NCBI GenBank assembly: GCA_021772435.1
Contig: JAJFLZ010000018.1
Coordinates: 199-64,198 of the forward strand
Length of the DNA: 64,000 nt
Reading direction: 5' to 3'
Origin: Chlamydiota bacterium
GTDB taxonomy: Bacteria; Chlamydiota; Chlamydiia; Chlamydiales; JACKPQ01
The position numbers and the translations under genes were made by a program. Positions 45,867-54,425 of the stretch are shown piece by piece. The notes beneath the pieces were generated by a model. It was not told the DNA's origin, did no database searches, and was given only the letters and a program-made list of their open reading frames with translations. The number at the start of each line of letters is the position of its first letter. The first letter of the stretch is position 1.

Positions 45867-47245
45867 GCTTTTTCCCCTTTGTTTAATGCGTACGGATCGC
45901 GGTAAATGGCATCGCTAGGTTGCGTCTCATCAGGTCCATGTTTGATTTTGCGAGTGAGCAAAAATAAAAATAGCGCTAAAAGTAGTGTATACAAGCATGT
46001 GAACATCGTCAGAGAGCCGATCACCTGGTGTGCTACAATCGATTTAGAAACGCCATCAGCTGTTCTGAGCAAATGGTAGACCACCCACGGCTGGCGGCCC
46101 ATCTCAGCTGTAAACCACCCGGTCATGTTAGCAACCATGGGAAATGCAACGCTTGCAACAAGGAGCCTGAGTGTCCACTTCGCTGTGTCAATAGTTCCCC
46201 TTATCCAAAAAATCCAGGCCATGAGAGCTGCAGCTGCCATGGCAAACCACATGTAGATCATGATGTGATACGTTTGAAAAACAACGGCGGTATTGGGCCA
46301 ATCTGTTTTCGGAAATTGTTTAAGCCCTGTCACCGGCTTTTTAAAATTATGAAAACACAAGAAGCTAAGCAATCCCGGCACCTTAATCCCCTTCACCTGT
46401 TCTGTCTTGGTATCGACATAACCAACAAGTGTCATGGGAGTGTATTCTTCAGTAGCGTAAACCCCTTCAATTGCAGCGAGTTTTTCTGGCTGGTGCTGCG
46501 CCACACCTCTTGCTGTGCTATCTGCTGAAACAAGCTGCAAGATAAGTGCTGCTCCTGCTATCCACAAGCCGATTTTCAGCGTTTTTTTTGCAAACCAAGT
46601 ATGACGCTGTTTGAGTAAATAATAAGCCGCGACACTGAGCACTAAAAATGTACCCGTGAGCCAACAGCCAATCAGCACATGCGAGAGCCTTTGCATGGCG
46701 CTCGGATTAAAAATCATGGCCCAAAAGTCCGTGACAACAGCTTTTGCCTGCGCGCCCTCGCCAACAATTTTATACCCTTGAGGTGTTTGCATCCACGAAT
46801 TGGCAATCACAATCCACACCGCGCTAAAATGCGCGCCAGCCGCCACACAAATCGTGGAGAAATAGTGCACCTTCGGTTTGACACGCTCCCAGCCAAACAG
46901 CATCAGCCCGATAAATCCCGCTTCCAAAAAAAAGGCAAAGATCCCCTCTGCACCCAGCGCGCTACCAAAAACATCACCGACAAACCGCGAGTACCTAGCC
47001 CAATTATTACCAAACGCAAACAGCTGCACCAGTCCCGTAGCAACACCCAACGCAAATGTCAGCGCGAAGATCTTGGTCCAAAATTGAGCTATGCGCTTGT
47101 ATTCCAAATTTTTGGTTTTGATGTAGATACCCTCTGTGATGACAAGCATCAGTCCAATCCCAATACTTAATGGGGGATAGAGATAGTGAAAGGCACTATT
47201 TAAGCCAAACTGAATACGCGACAGCGTGAGAACATCCATAGACAC
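45863..47245 (-). CDS. cydA: Cytochrome bd ubiquinol oxidase subunit I
   Basis: 460-aa polytopic ORF with [22 protein letters not shown] and the [14 protein letters not shown] signature. Confidence 0.93.
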   Translation of the reverse strand: MSMDVLTLSRIQFGLNSAFHYLYPPLSIGIGLMLVITEGIYIKTKNLEYKRIAQFWTKIFALTFALGVATGLVQLFAFGNNWARYSRFVGDVFGSALGAEGIFAFFLEAGFIGLMLFGWERVKPKVHYFSTICVAAGAHFSAVWIVIANSWMQTPQGYKIVGEGAQAKAVVTDFWAMIFNPSAMQRLSHVLIGCWLTGTFLVLSVAAYYLLKQRHTWFAKKTLKIGLWIAGAALILQLVSADSTARGVAQHQPEKLAAIEGVYATEEYTPMTLVGYVDTKTEQVKGIKVPGLLSFLCFHNFKKPVTGLKQFPKTDWPNTAVVFQTYHIMIYMWFAMAAAALMAWIFWIRGTIDTAKWTLRLLVASVAFPMVANMTGWFTAEMGRQPWVVYHLLRTADGVSKSIVAHQVIGSLTMFTCLYTLLLALFLFLLTRKIKHGPDETQPSDAIYRDPYALNKGEKA

Positions 47246-47289
47246 TCCTAAAATGAATTATCTAGATCCTACAGTAAAATTGAATTTTG

Positions 47290-48135
47290 TCAATCTAGCT
47301 TTGCCCCAAGAGCGTACTGCGTCATGTACAAATTTTTATTTTTAGCAAGTGTACGATCCCCTTTTTTCGCCCCTTTATAAATTGCGATAAAATAAGCAGT
47401 AGAATCGCATCCCCTATCGATTGCATATTGCAATGCGGTTTTAGAATTGTGCTCTTTCAGCATGGGATAATTGGCTTTTGCAAGCCACTTGATCACTCTG
47501 ACATCGTCTTGCTTAGCCGCGTAGTGCAATGGGCATTGATACGTCCATTCTGCAAAGAAGTTTTCCCACATTTGTTCTGTGATTTGAATATTGTGATTAA
47601 AAAGGTTTGGCAAGGCTCCGATGTCATAATCGGAAAGGACGTGAAACGGGCTTTTGCCATCAGGCAACTTTTGAGCCTTGCAAGCTTCCCAATCAGTAAA
47701 CGATTGAACAGCTAACTTTAAGAACGCCTCTTGCATCTCAGCGCGTTTAGGATGCACGATAAGGTAAAAAAGCGGTGTTACTCCATATCGGTCTTTTTGC
47801 ATCAGCCATTTTTTGCAATCTGATGACTTACATATTACCTCAAGTTGCTCTACATCATTTGCCAGAATGGCTTTATGAAGAGGATAAGCACCATAGTTGT
47901 CAACTTTTAGTACGTCATGTGGGGCAGTATGAATTTTTTTTAGCAATGCATCATGGTCAGAAAAGGCGGGCTTATTCGCGATTACCAATTTTGGCGCTTC
48001 GGACCGGCAAAGGCAAAACAGCCCAAGCAGTGCTACCAAACCAAAGACTGCCAAAGCAATCATGAGTGTACGATCTCTGGGTTTGGCTATCTTTTGCTGA
48101 ACTGATTGGGCAATACGCGAAATGGGCTTTGGCAT
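47290..48135 (-). CDS. N-terminally membrane-anchored ankyrin-like repeat protein (paralogue A)
   Basis: 281-aa ORF with a TM helix (LMIALAVFGLVALLGLFCLC) and ANK-like units (YGAYPLHKAILANDVEQLEVI; YGVTPLFYLI; DGKSPFHVLS; CPLHYAAKQDDVRVIKWLAKA..KTALQYAIDRG). Confidence 0.7.
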   Translation of the reverse strand: MPKPISRIAQSVQQKIAKPRDRTLMIALAVFGLVALLGLFCLCRSEAPKLVIANKPAFSDHDALLKKIHTAPHDVLKVDNYGAYPLHKAILANDVEQLEVICKSSDCKKWLMQKDRYGVTPLFYLIVHPKRAEMQEAFLKLAVQSFTDWEACKAQKLPDGKSPFHVLSDYDIGALPNLFNHNIQITEQMWENFFAEWTYQCPLHYAAKQDDVRVIKWLAKANYPMLKEHNSKTALQYAIDRGCDSTAYFIAIYKGAKKGDRTLAKNKNLYMTQYALGAKLD

Positions 48136-49049
48136 TAAAAATGTTTAAGAGCGTCGATTATAGCCTGGTTATTCCCAGCAAAAGCTAATGCTGATTTCCC
48201 GTCAGACGTTACAGATGATGGGCATCCCATTTTCCTGAGCCACTTAATGACATCTATTCTCTCTTTTTTGATTGCATAGTGTAGTGGATGTGGATGATTT
48301 GGCCAGCGCGCGCGCATCGCCTGCCATTGTAAGCGTTCGTATTCCTCGTCATCTCTCATGAAAAATTGTGACATATCAGGCAGCTCGACACCTTCTAAAT
48401 CAGAAACAAAATGAAGTGGGCTACGTCCATCTGAAAGGCGTTGCGCTAAAAGGCACTCTGTCCAAGTGAGTGTGTTTTGACATATTTCGATAAATGCACC
48501 ATCTGTTGTTTTACGGTGAGGACTTGCCATGTGATAAAATAGAGGGGGCGTACCAAAACGATCAGCATGTTGCATAAGCGCAATCAAGAGATTTTTCTCA
48601 CAGCTTTCTTGGAACTTGAGAAGCTGAGTTAAAGCATTGCTATTCCCTGCTAAAACAGCACAGTGTAAAATTGTTAGGCCGTAGTTTGGACTGACCTTCG
48701 TGATCTCATCGAGATCATTTAGCTCAAAAGATTTTCCTTCAATAATGGCTTTGTGGATGGGCAGACTAGAAAAATCTTCTGAATCAAGAATAAATTGAGG
48801 GTCTTTTTGCAGTTTCACTAGATAGTCGTCGAACTCAACAGGAGCAGTCTGGATAGCTGTGATTGGACTTGGGTTTTGCATACGCCAATAACAAATCCCT
48901 GCAGCGACAAGCGCAGCAAAAACTAAAAGAGCAAGAACATAAACGCGCCGACTTGAGTCTTGAGACTCCGTGAATGGCTTTATCTGAGCAGTCTGTATTT
49001 TCGTAACCATATGGTGCACTAAGATAATACAATCTTTTGATGATAGCAA
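48135..49049 (-). CDS. N-terminally membrane-anchored ankyrin-like repeat protein (paralogue B)
   Basis: 304-aa ORF with the same architecture (TM VYVLALLVFAALVAAGICYW; SLPIHKAIIEG; GLTILHCAVLAGNSNALTQLL; DGRSPLHFVS; HPLHYAIKKERIDVIKWLRKMG..KSALAFA). The stop overlaps the paralogue A start (TAATG). An alternative start is ATG 49010. Confidence 0.7.
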   Translation of the reverse strand: MLSSKDCIILVHHMVTKIQTAQIKPFTESQDSSRRVYVLALLVFAALVAAGICYWRMQNPSPITAIQTAPVEFDDYLVKLQKDPQFILDSEDFSSLPIHKAIIEGKSFELNDLDEITKVSPNYGLTILHCAVLAGNSNALTQLLKFQESCEKNLLIALMQHADRFGTPPLFYHMASPHRKTTDGAFIEICQNTLTWTECLLAQRLSDGRSPLHFVSDLEGVELPDMSQFFMRDDEEYERLQWQAMRARWPNHPHPLHYAIKKERIDVIKWLRKMGCPSSVTSDGKSALAFAGNNQAIIDALKHF

Positions 49050-49130
49050 TAGATGAAATTATCCAAAACAGGTAGGCAAAAATTGACTATTGCTTTCGGC
49101 GTTTAGGAAGAGTACAATGCCTACTAGGGA

Positions 49131-49937
49131 GTGCCACACGTGGATTTTTTGTCTTACTTCATACCTGTGTTTGAGCTGATCATCATTACCGTGATGATTA
49201 ATTACCTCCTGTCTTTTTTCTGGAATACGCGTTCGATGGATCTGGTGCTGGGTGTTTTTGCCTTTTTGCTCATTTTCGCAGCCTCTGGATGGCTTCATTT
49301 ACCTGTGTTGCACAAATTGATGCTAAGTATCTCAAATGTCGCCGTGATTGCCGTTTTGATTATCTTTCAGCCAGAGCTCCGAGTGGCTCTTTCTAGGTTA
49401 AGCCTTAAGGGTAAGCGGTATAAAGAGATTACCGAATTCGATAAGTTTTTGGATCAGCTTGCTAATTCTGTCTACAAGATGGCAGATAAGCGCACAGGAG
49501 CCTTAATCGTACTCGAAAACGAAGATATCCTCGATGAGTACTCGCGCAAGGGCATTGCATTAGGTGCTAATTTTTCGTCGGAGCTCCTAGAGTCGATTTT
49601 TACAATAACGACACCGCTACACGATGGAGCTGTGATCATTCGTGATTTGACGATTGTAGCAGCCGTTGTGATTTTGCCACTTGCAGAGGATGTCTCTCAG
49701 CTGACAAAAGCGATGGGAACGCGCCATAGGGCTGGTCTTGGTGTCAGCCAAATGACCGATAGCTTGGTGATTGTGGTGTCTGAGGAGACGGGCAAGGTCT
49801 CCATTGCAAGAGATGGAATCATGACAAGAGGCGTTAAAATCGATCGCTTTAAAGGTGTGCTTCGAAGTATTTTTAATCCTCCAACTAAAAAACAATTTCC
49901 GACTAAATTTAATCTTATGGAGTGGATCAAACGATGA
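49131..49937 (+). CDS. dacA: Diadenylate cyclase (membrane CdaA/DacA type)
   Basis: 268-aa ORF with three N-terminal TM helices and the DAC domain motifs PLHDGAVII and GTRHRAGLGVS. Confidence 0.92.
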   Translation: MPHVDFLSYFIPVFELIIITVMINYLLSFFWNTRSMDLVLGVFAFLLIFAASGWLHLPVLHKLMLSISNVAVIAVLIIFQPELRVALSRLSLKGKRYKEITEFDKFLDQLANSVYKMADKRTGALIVLENEDILDEYSRKGIALGANFSSELLESIFTITTPLHDGAVIIRDLTIVAAVVILPLAEDVSQLTKAMGTRHRAGLGVSQMTDSLVIVVSEETGKVSIARDGIMTRGVKIDRFKGVLRSIFNPPTKKQFPTKFNLMEWIKR

Positions 49938-51193
49938 AAACACTACTCCACCGCATTTTTGTCGAAAATTGGCCCCGTAAGGCCATTGCAATCGTTTTGG
50001 CTATCATTGTGTGGATTGCCTTGGCCCAATCGCTAACTGCTACAAAGGTGATAGGCAATGTCAGCGTTCGCGTTGTCAATATTCCCAAAGGCATGACCGT
50101 TGAAGGGATGCAAAGTAATGGTCTACTGTCGAAAAAAATCACGCTGACAGTGACTGGAAATAAAAATACACTGGACAAACTCACGTCGCATGATTTTGAG
50201 ATAGTGGTCAGCGCTGAAGGTCAACAGGGCGAATGGGTCGCTTCGATTAGCAGAGCAAATCTTGCCAGTCTCAACTCCGAAATCAATATCTCTCAAGGCA
50301 TTAGTCGTATTCAAACCAAAAATTTTATCATTAGGCTCACTCAACTTGTATCGGAACAAATCCCGATCATTGTTGCAAAACCCATCGGAGAGGCTCCCAA
50401 AGGATACCTTTACCTCGACACCTGGCCCTACAGGCTCTATACGACTATTGAAGGCCCTAAAAACACTGTAGCCAAGCTTAAAAAACAGGGCCTGAAACTC
50501 ACTTTTAATTTAAACGACATCTCAAAAGCGGACTTAAATTCTCTGGAAGGCTCTTCTAAAGTGGGTAACAGTGATGTGGTATCCTATTTTGTACCAAATC
50601 ACTGGAAAGAAGTAAGCATTCCCGAGCTCTCTAACACTCCGGTTCCAATCAACGACCCCAATATCAAGTATTTACGAATCGACTTTGTTCGCATTGACAT
50701 GCTCTCCATCTCAACGCCCTTGCCTGTCGATTTGTTTTTCTTACCGAAAACCTCCAGCGTGCTCAATCCAGGCAAAGCAAAGCTTGCCACAAACGACACT
50801 GTTAAACTACAAAACGGTATCAAGGTCTTTGCAAAACCAATCTATGCTAAGGGTGTCAGTAAACTCTTTTTGGATATTGTTCAGGATTATATGCAGATTG
50901 AAATTATCGCAACACCTGTGCAAGAAGGGCAATCGATGCAGTGGAGCGTTCAATTTGTCAATCCGAGTAATTTAGAAAATCGTTACGTTGATATTTTGAT
51001 GGCCGATGTATCCAATCAAGAACTCTCCGACTTAAATCCCCAAGTGCGTGAAGAGTATTTGCGTAACCGTTTTAGAAGCTACATGAATCGCTTTGCCCTT
51101 TATGATGAAAATAACCGACCGCTCAAACTTTTTATCACTAAAAAAGGCAGCCAAATCACCGTTATTGAAGAACATGAAAATAGCACTCCTTAA
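49922..51193 (+). CDS. ybbR: YbbR-domain protein (CdaR-like cyclase partner)
   Basis: 423-aa ORF with an N-terminal TM (AIAIVLAIIVWIAL) followed by repeated beta-rich YbbR-like units. It overlaps dacA by 16 nt. Confidence 0.7.
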   Translation: MDQTMKTLLHRIFVENWPRKAIAIVLAIIVWIALAQSLTATKVIGNVSVRVVNIPKGMTVEGMQSNGLLSKKITLTVTGNKNTLDKLTSHDFEIVVSAEGQQGEWVASISRANLASLNSEINISQGISRIQTKNFIIRLTQLVSEQIPIIVAKPIGEAPKGYLYLDTWPYRLYTTIEGPKNTVAKLKKQGLKLTFNLNDISKADLNSLEGSSKVGNSDVVSYFVPNHWKEVSIPELSNTPVPINDPNIKYLRIDFVRIDMLSISTPLPVDLFFLPKTSSVLNPGKAKLATNDTVKLQNGIKVFAKPIYAKGVSKLFLDIVQDYMQIEIIATPVQEGQSMQWSVQFVNPSNLENRYVDILMADVSNQELSDLNPQVREEYLRNRFRSYMNRFALYDENNRPLKLFITKKGSQITVIEEHENSTP

Positions 51194-52172
51194 GCGTCAA
51201 TTACGCGGCATTGGGGGGCTTGAAAAGCAAACGCATAGGCTCGCAAAAGCGTTTGCAGATCGCGGTTGCTCTGTCACATTGATTTCTCAAGATGAGCCGC
51301 AAAACTACGATTACAGGCCGTTATCTAGCTTTGATAAAAAAAGCATCAAGAGCTTTGATGTTGTTTTGGGGATGGATCGCTTGCCGCATCAAACGCATAT
51401 CCGCGCTGGCAATGGCGTGCACGCTGCTTATCTCAAAACAAAAGGGTGGGCATCACAATTTTTACCGAAACATCAAAGAGAACTAGCATTAGAAAAACAA
51501 GCTTTGTCTGAACCTACTCTGCGCCATATTATCACTAATTCCAATATGGTCAGAGAGCAATATATCGATTTTTACGGCATAGATGAAAATAAAGTGACCG
51601 CAATTCACAACGGCGTTGAATGGAAATCTCTTGAAAAAGCCTATCAAGACCACCTTCAAAAGCCAGATGGCCCCTACCATTTTCTATTTGTCGGCAACGA
51701 TCTAAAACGCAAAGGGCTGTTGCCTCTAATGCATATGCTATCTCAACTTAAGTCTCCCGACTGGAAACTCACGGTCGTCGGAGCGGATAAACGTCTCAAT
51801 GCTTTTATAACTTTAAGCAAGGGTTTAGGAATTGCAAACCAAGTGCATTTTGCAGGAAAACAAGCTGATCCAATTCCCTATTATGTCAATGCCGACTGCC
51901 TTGTTTTGCCAAGTAGATACGATCCATTTGCCAACGTCACCATCGAGGCGCTCGCCATTGGCCTGCGTGTGATAACAACACATACCAACGGAGGATCAGA
52001 AATCCTTTTAGATGAGGTTGGTCAGATCATCTCAAATACAAATGAACTATTGCTTGCTCTAGAGCAAGAGATGATACAACCTAAAAACCCCGACATTTGC
52101 AGAGCCTCTGTGCAACATTTAGATTTTGATATTCAACTCAACAAATTTGTCGATTTATGCTTATCAACCTGA
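51174..52172 (+). CDS. Glycosyltransferase family 4 (GT-B) protein
   Basis: The family-typical N-terminus MKIALLKRQLRGIGGLEKQ starts at ATG 51174 (track start 51093). It also has the C-terminal E-x7-E region PSRYDPFANVTIEALAIGLRVITT. Confidence 0.8.
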   Translation: MKIALLKRQLRGIGGLEKQTHRLAKAFADRGCSVTLISQDEPQNYDYRPLSSFDKKSIKSFDVVLGMDRLPHQTHIRAGNGVHAAYLKTKGWASQFLPKHQRELALEKQALSEPTLRHIITNSNMVREQYIDFYGIDENKVTAIHNGVEWKSLEKAYQDHLQKPDGPYHFLFVGNDLKRKGLLPLMHMLSQLKSPDWKLTVVGADKRLNAFITLSKGLGIANQVHFAGKQADPIPYYVNADCLVLPSRYDPFANVTIEALAIGLRVITTHTNGGSEILLDEVGQIISNTNELLLALEQEMIQPKNPDICRASVQHLDFDIQLNKFVDLCLST

Positions 52173-53374
52173 TCACCTGGCCAATCAAGTTTTTGTCTTA
52201 TAGTGCATTGCACGCATTGGGACACGTTTTAGGGCCCATTTTGTACTACATCATCCCCCACTTTCGCAAACGTACGCTTTCCAACTTAGCGCTCGCGCTG
52301 AAACTTCCCAATCCAGAGCTCAGGTGTTTAGCTAAAGCCTCTTTTTCTAATCTAGCTATCACCTGCTTAGAATACCTAAAGCTGTCCCACGAAACCGATA
52401 TGAAAAATGTCGCATCTTGCAAAAATCCCGAAAAAGCCAAGGAGCTCATCGATGCTGGGCAAGGAGTCGTCTTTTTCGTTGCCCACCAAGCCAACTGGGA
52501 AATATTATTTATGGAAGCTGGGCGCAGGATGCCTGGAATCGCCATTGGCCGGCCGATCAAAAACAAATGGCTCTATCGCTGGCTAATCTCCGTGCGTGAG
52601 CGATTTGGCGGCCGCATCGTGGAGCCTAAAAACGCGATCAAAGAAGGTTTAAGAGCCCTGCGTGCTGGAAAATTCGTCGGCATCGTCGGCGATCAGGGCA
52701 TGCCTGAGAGCTCTTTTTCATTTCCGTTTTTTGGAGTGAGGGCTTGGACCACACCAGTCCCTGCCATTTTAGCTCACCGCACAGGTTGTCCCATGATTGT
52801 CGCCACCTGCAAGCGCCTGCCCTCTGCTCGCTACGAGATCCATTATTCCGATCCCATCTGGCCCGATCAAACTAGGTCCATGGAACACGAAATCAACCGT
52901 ATGATGGGAGAAGGACTCAAAATTTTAGAAGAAAGTATCGCCGAAAATCCCGACCAGTGGCTTTGGCAACACAACCGCTGGAAGCAGGAAACCCCTAAAA
53001 ACGTCTACTATCGCTTTCGAAAAGATCCGATTTTAGTCATCATCGATAATGAAGAGCAGCTCAAGCACCTGCAAACATTTCGCGAAATCTATCCCAGAGT
53101 TTTGTTAACACTTTTAGCTCCCAAACACCTAGCAAAACAAATCGATTTAAAAGACGCAGAAATCATTACCTACCGCAATCCTAAAGAGACACTGCTTGCT
53201 GACTACCGCTTCAAGCTCGTTTACGATTTGACAGACTCCTCTGCCATTGACAGGCACTATAATAAGTTTGCAGCTTTTGAAGTGCTAAACATTCCTAAAC
53301 TTAAAAAACTTGCTGGAGAGCCGACACGCGATCTATCTGAACTCCTCAAAAAGGCGGTGTGCCGTGCCCCATGA
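52157..53374 (+). CDS. lpxL: Lipid A biosynthesis late acyltransferase (LpxL/HtrB family) with ~120-aa C-terminal extension
   Basis: 405-aa ORF with the acyltransferase HX4(D/E) motif FVAHQANWE and a family-typical end PDQWLWQHNRWK near aa 266-276. About 120 extra residues follow. Confidence 0.75.
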   Translation: MLINLITWPIKFLSYSALHALGHVLGPILYYIIPHFRKRTLSNLALALKLPNPELRCLAKASFSNLAITCLEYLKLSHETDMKNVASCKNPEKAKELIDAGQGVVFFVAHQANWEILFMEAGRRMPGIAIGRPIKNKWLYRWLISVRERFGGRIVEPKNAIKEGLRALRAGKFVGIVGDQGMPESSFSFPFFGVRAWTTPVPAILAHRTGCPMIVATCKRLPSARYEIHYSDPIWPDQTRSMEHEINRMMGEGLKILEESIAENPDQWLWQHNRWKQETPKNVYYRFRKDPILVIIDNEEQLKHLQTFREIYPRVLLTLLAPKHLAKQIDLKDAEIITYRNPKETLLADYRFKLVYDLTDSSAIDRHYNKFAAFEVLNIPKLKKLAGEPTRDLSELLKKAVCRAP

Positions 53375-54023
53375 CCGCTTTTACCATCCAGGCCCCCTCA
53401 AAGGGTCCATCGTACTTGAGGGAGATGAGCAGCATCATCTTTTCAAAGTCATGCGTGCCCACGCCGGCACCCAAATCGAGCTCATCGATGGCAAAGGCAT
53501 GCTTGCGCAAGCAACTGTTGTGAAAATCGATCGCAAAACAGCCGAGCTCAGTATCACGCATTCAGAATTCTGTGAGCCAACCTTGCAGCGAGTGCTGGGC
53601 ATGAGCTTGATTAAGCAACCCAAGCTAGAACTTGTGATTGAAAAATGCACAGAGCTTGGTATCACCGACTTCCACCTCTTCCCAGCGGCTCATTCAGAGC
53701 GCGATCACCTCTCTCTTAACCACCAAAACCGCCTGCACGCCATCACCATTTCAGCTAGCAAACAATGCGGCCGGCTTTATCTCCCGACCATTCACCTGCA
53801 CACTGAAATCCATATCCCGGAATCTAGCGCCTATGCCACTTTGGCTGGCAATCCAACCCAGTTAAGAGACACGAAAACAAAAAGTATTTTGATCGGACCT
53901 GAAAAGGGATGGTCTCAAGCAGAAGAAGCCTTATTGATAGCCAAGGCAAAGCCTGTATCGCTACACGACAACATCTTGCGCGCTGAAACAGCTGCCATTG
54001 TCGCAGCAGCCATTCTTTCATGA
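53364..54023 (+). CDS. rsmE: 16S rRNA (uracil1498-N3)-methyltransferase
   Basis: From GTG 53364 it reads VPHDRFYHPGPL...LEGDEQHHLFKVMRAHAGTQIELIDGKG, the typical RsmE N-terminus. GPEKGWS is the C-terminal SPOUT motif. The track start 53310 is probably over-extended. Confidence 0.88.
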   Translation: MPHDRFYHPGPLKGSIVLEGDEQHHLFKVMRAHAGTQIELIDGKGMLAQATVVKIDRKTAELSITHSEFCEPTLQRVLGMSLIKQPKLELVIEKCTELGITDFHLFPAAHSERDHLSLNHQNRLHAITISASKQCGRLYLPTIHLHTEIHIPESSAYATLAGNPTQLRDTKTKSILIGPEKGWSQAEEALLIAKAKPVSLHDNILRAETAAIVAAAILS

Positions 54024-54253
54024 GCTAGCGTTATTTAACGCGAGCCTTGGATCAACTTAAGAGCTGACGTTACGCGAAAGAGGTGGGTTCAGATGCGCTG
54101 GCGAAGGTGCCAAGATACAAAGATGACGACGAAGCAAACTCCAAAGAGTTTGGTGAGGAGGAAGATGCCGTAGATTGGTGCCTGCTAGCTCTGCAGATGA
54201 ATTCAGATATGTGCGCAGGCGTCAGTAATAACCTGAACTCTTTCGTTTTGATT

Positions 54254-54290
54254 GTTTAGATTCAGAGCAGATTAGGTGACAGATTGTGCC
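54254..54290. repeat. Dispersed repeat copy (gtttagattcagagcagattaggtgacagattgtgcc)
   Basis: It matches the reverse complement of 28176-28213 at about 33 of 38 positions. It lies within a 400-bp ORF-free stretch (54024-54425). Confidence 0.65.
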
Positions 54291-54425
54291 ATTTTTTGCG
54301 ATTTGATAGCCAAGGCGCTATAGATGAGCACAAAAAGGGTGCAAGATGGCGACTAAGATGCTCTGAAGATGAATGATATAAACCCGAAATTTTGACGGAT
54401 ATTGGAGATTTTAAGACAGCAGTAC

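Noticed and set aside
46028-47170. Plus-strand ORFs 46028..46528 (166 aa), 46679..47170 (163 aa) and 46878..47087
   Set aside because: They are antisense to cydA, and the translations are low-complexity (Pro/His/Arg/Asn-rich).
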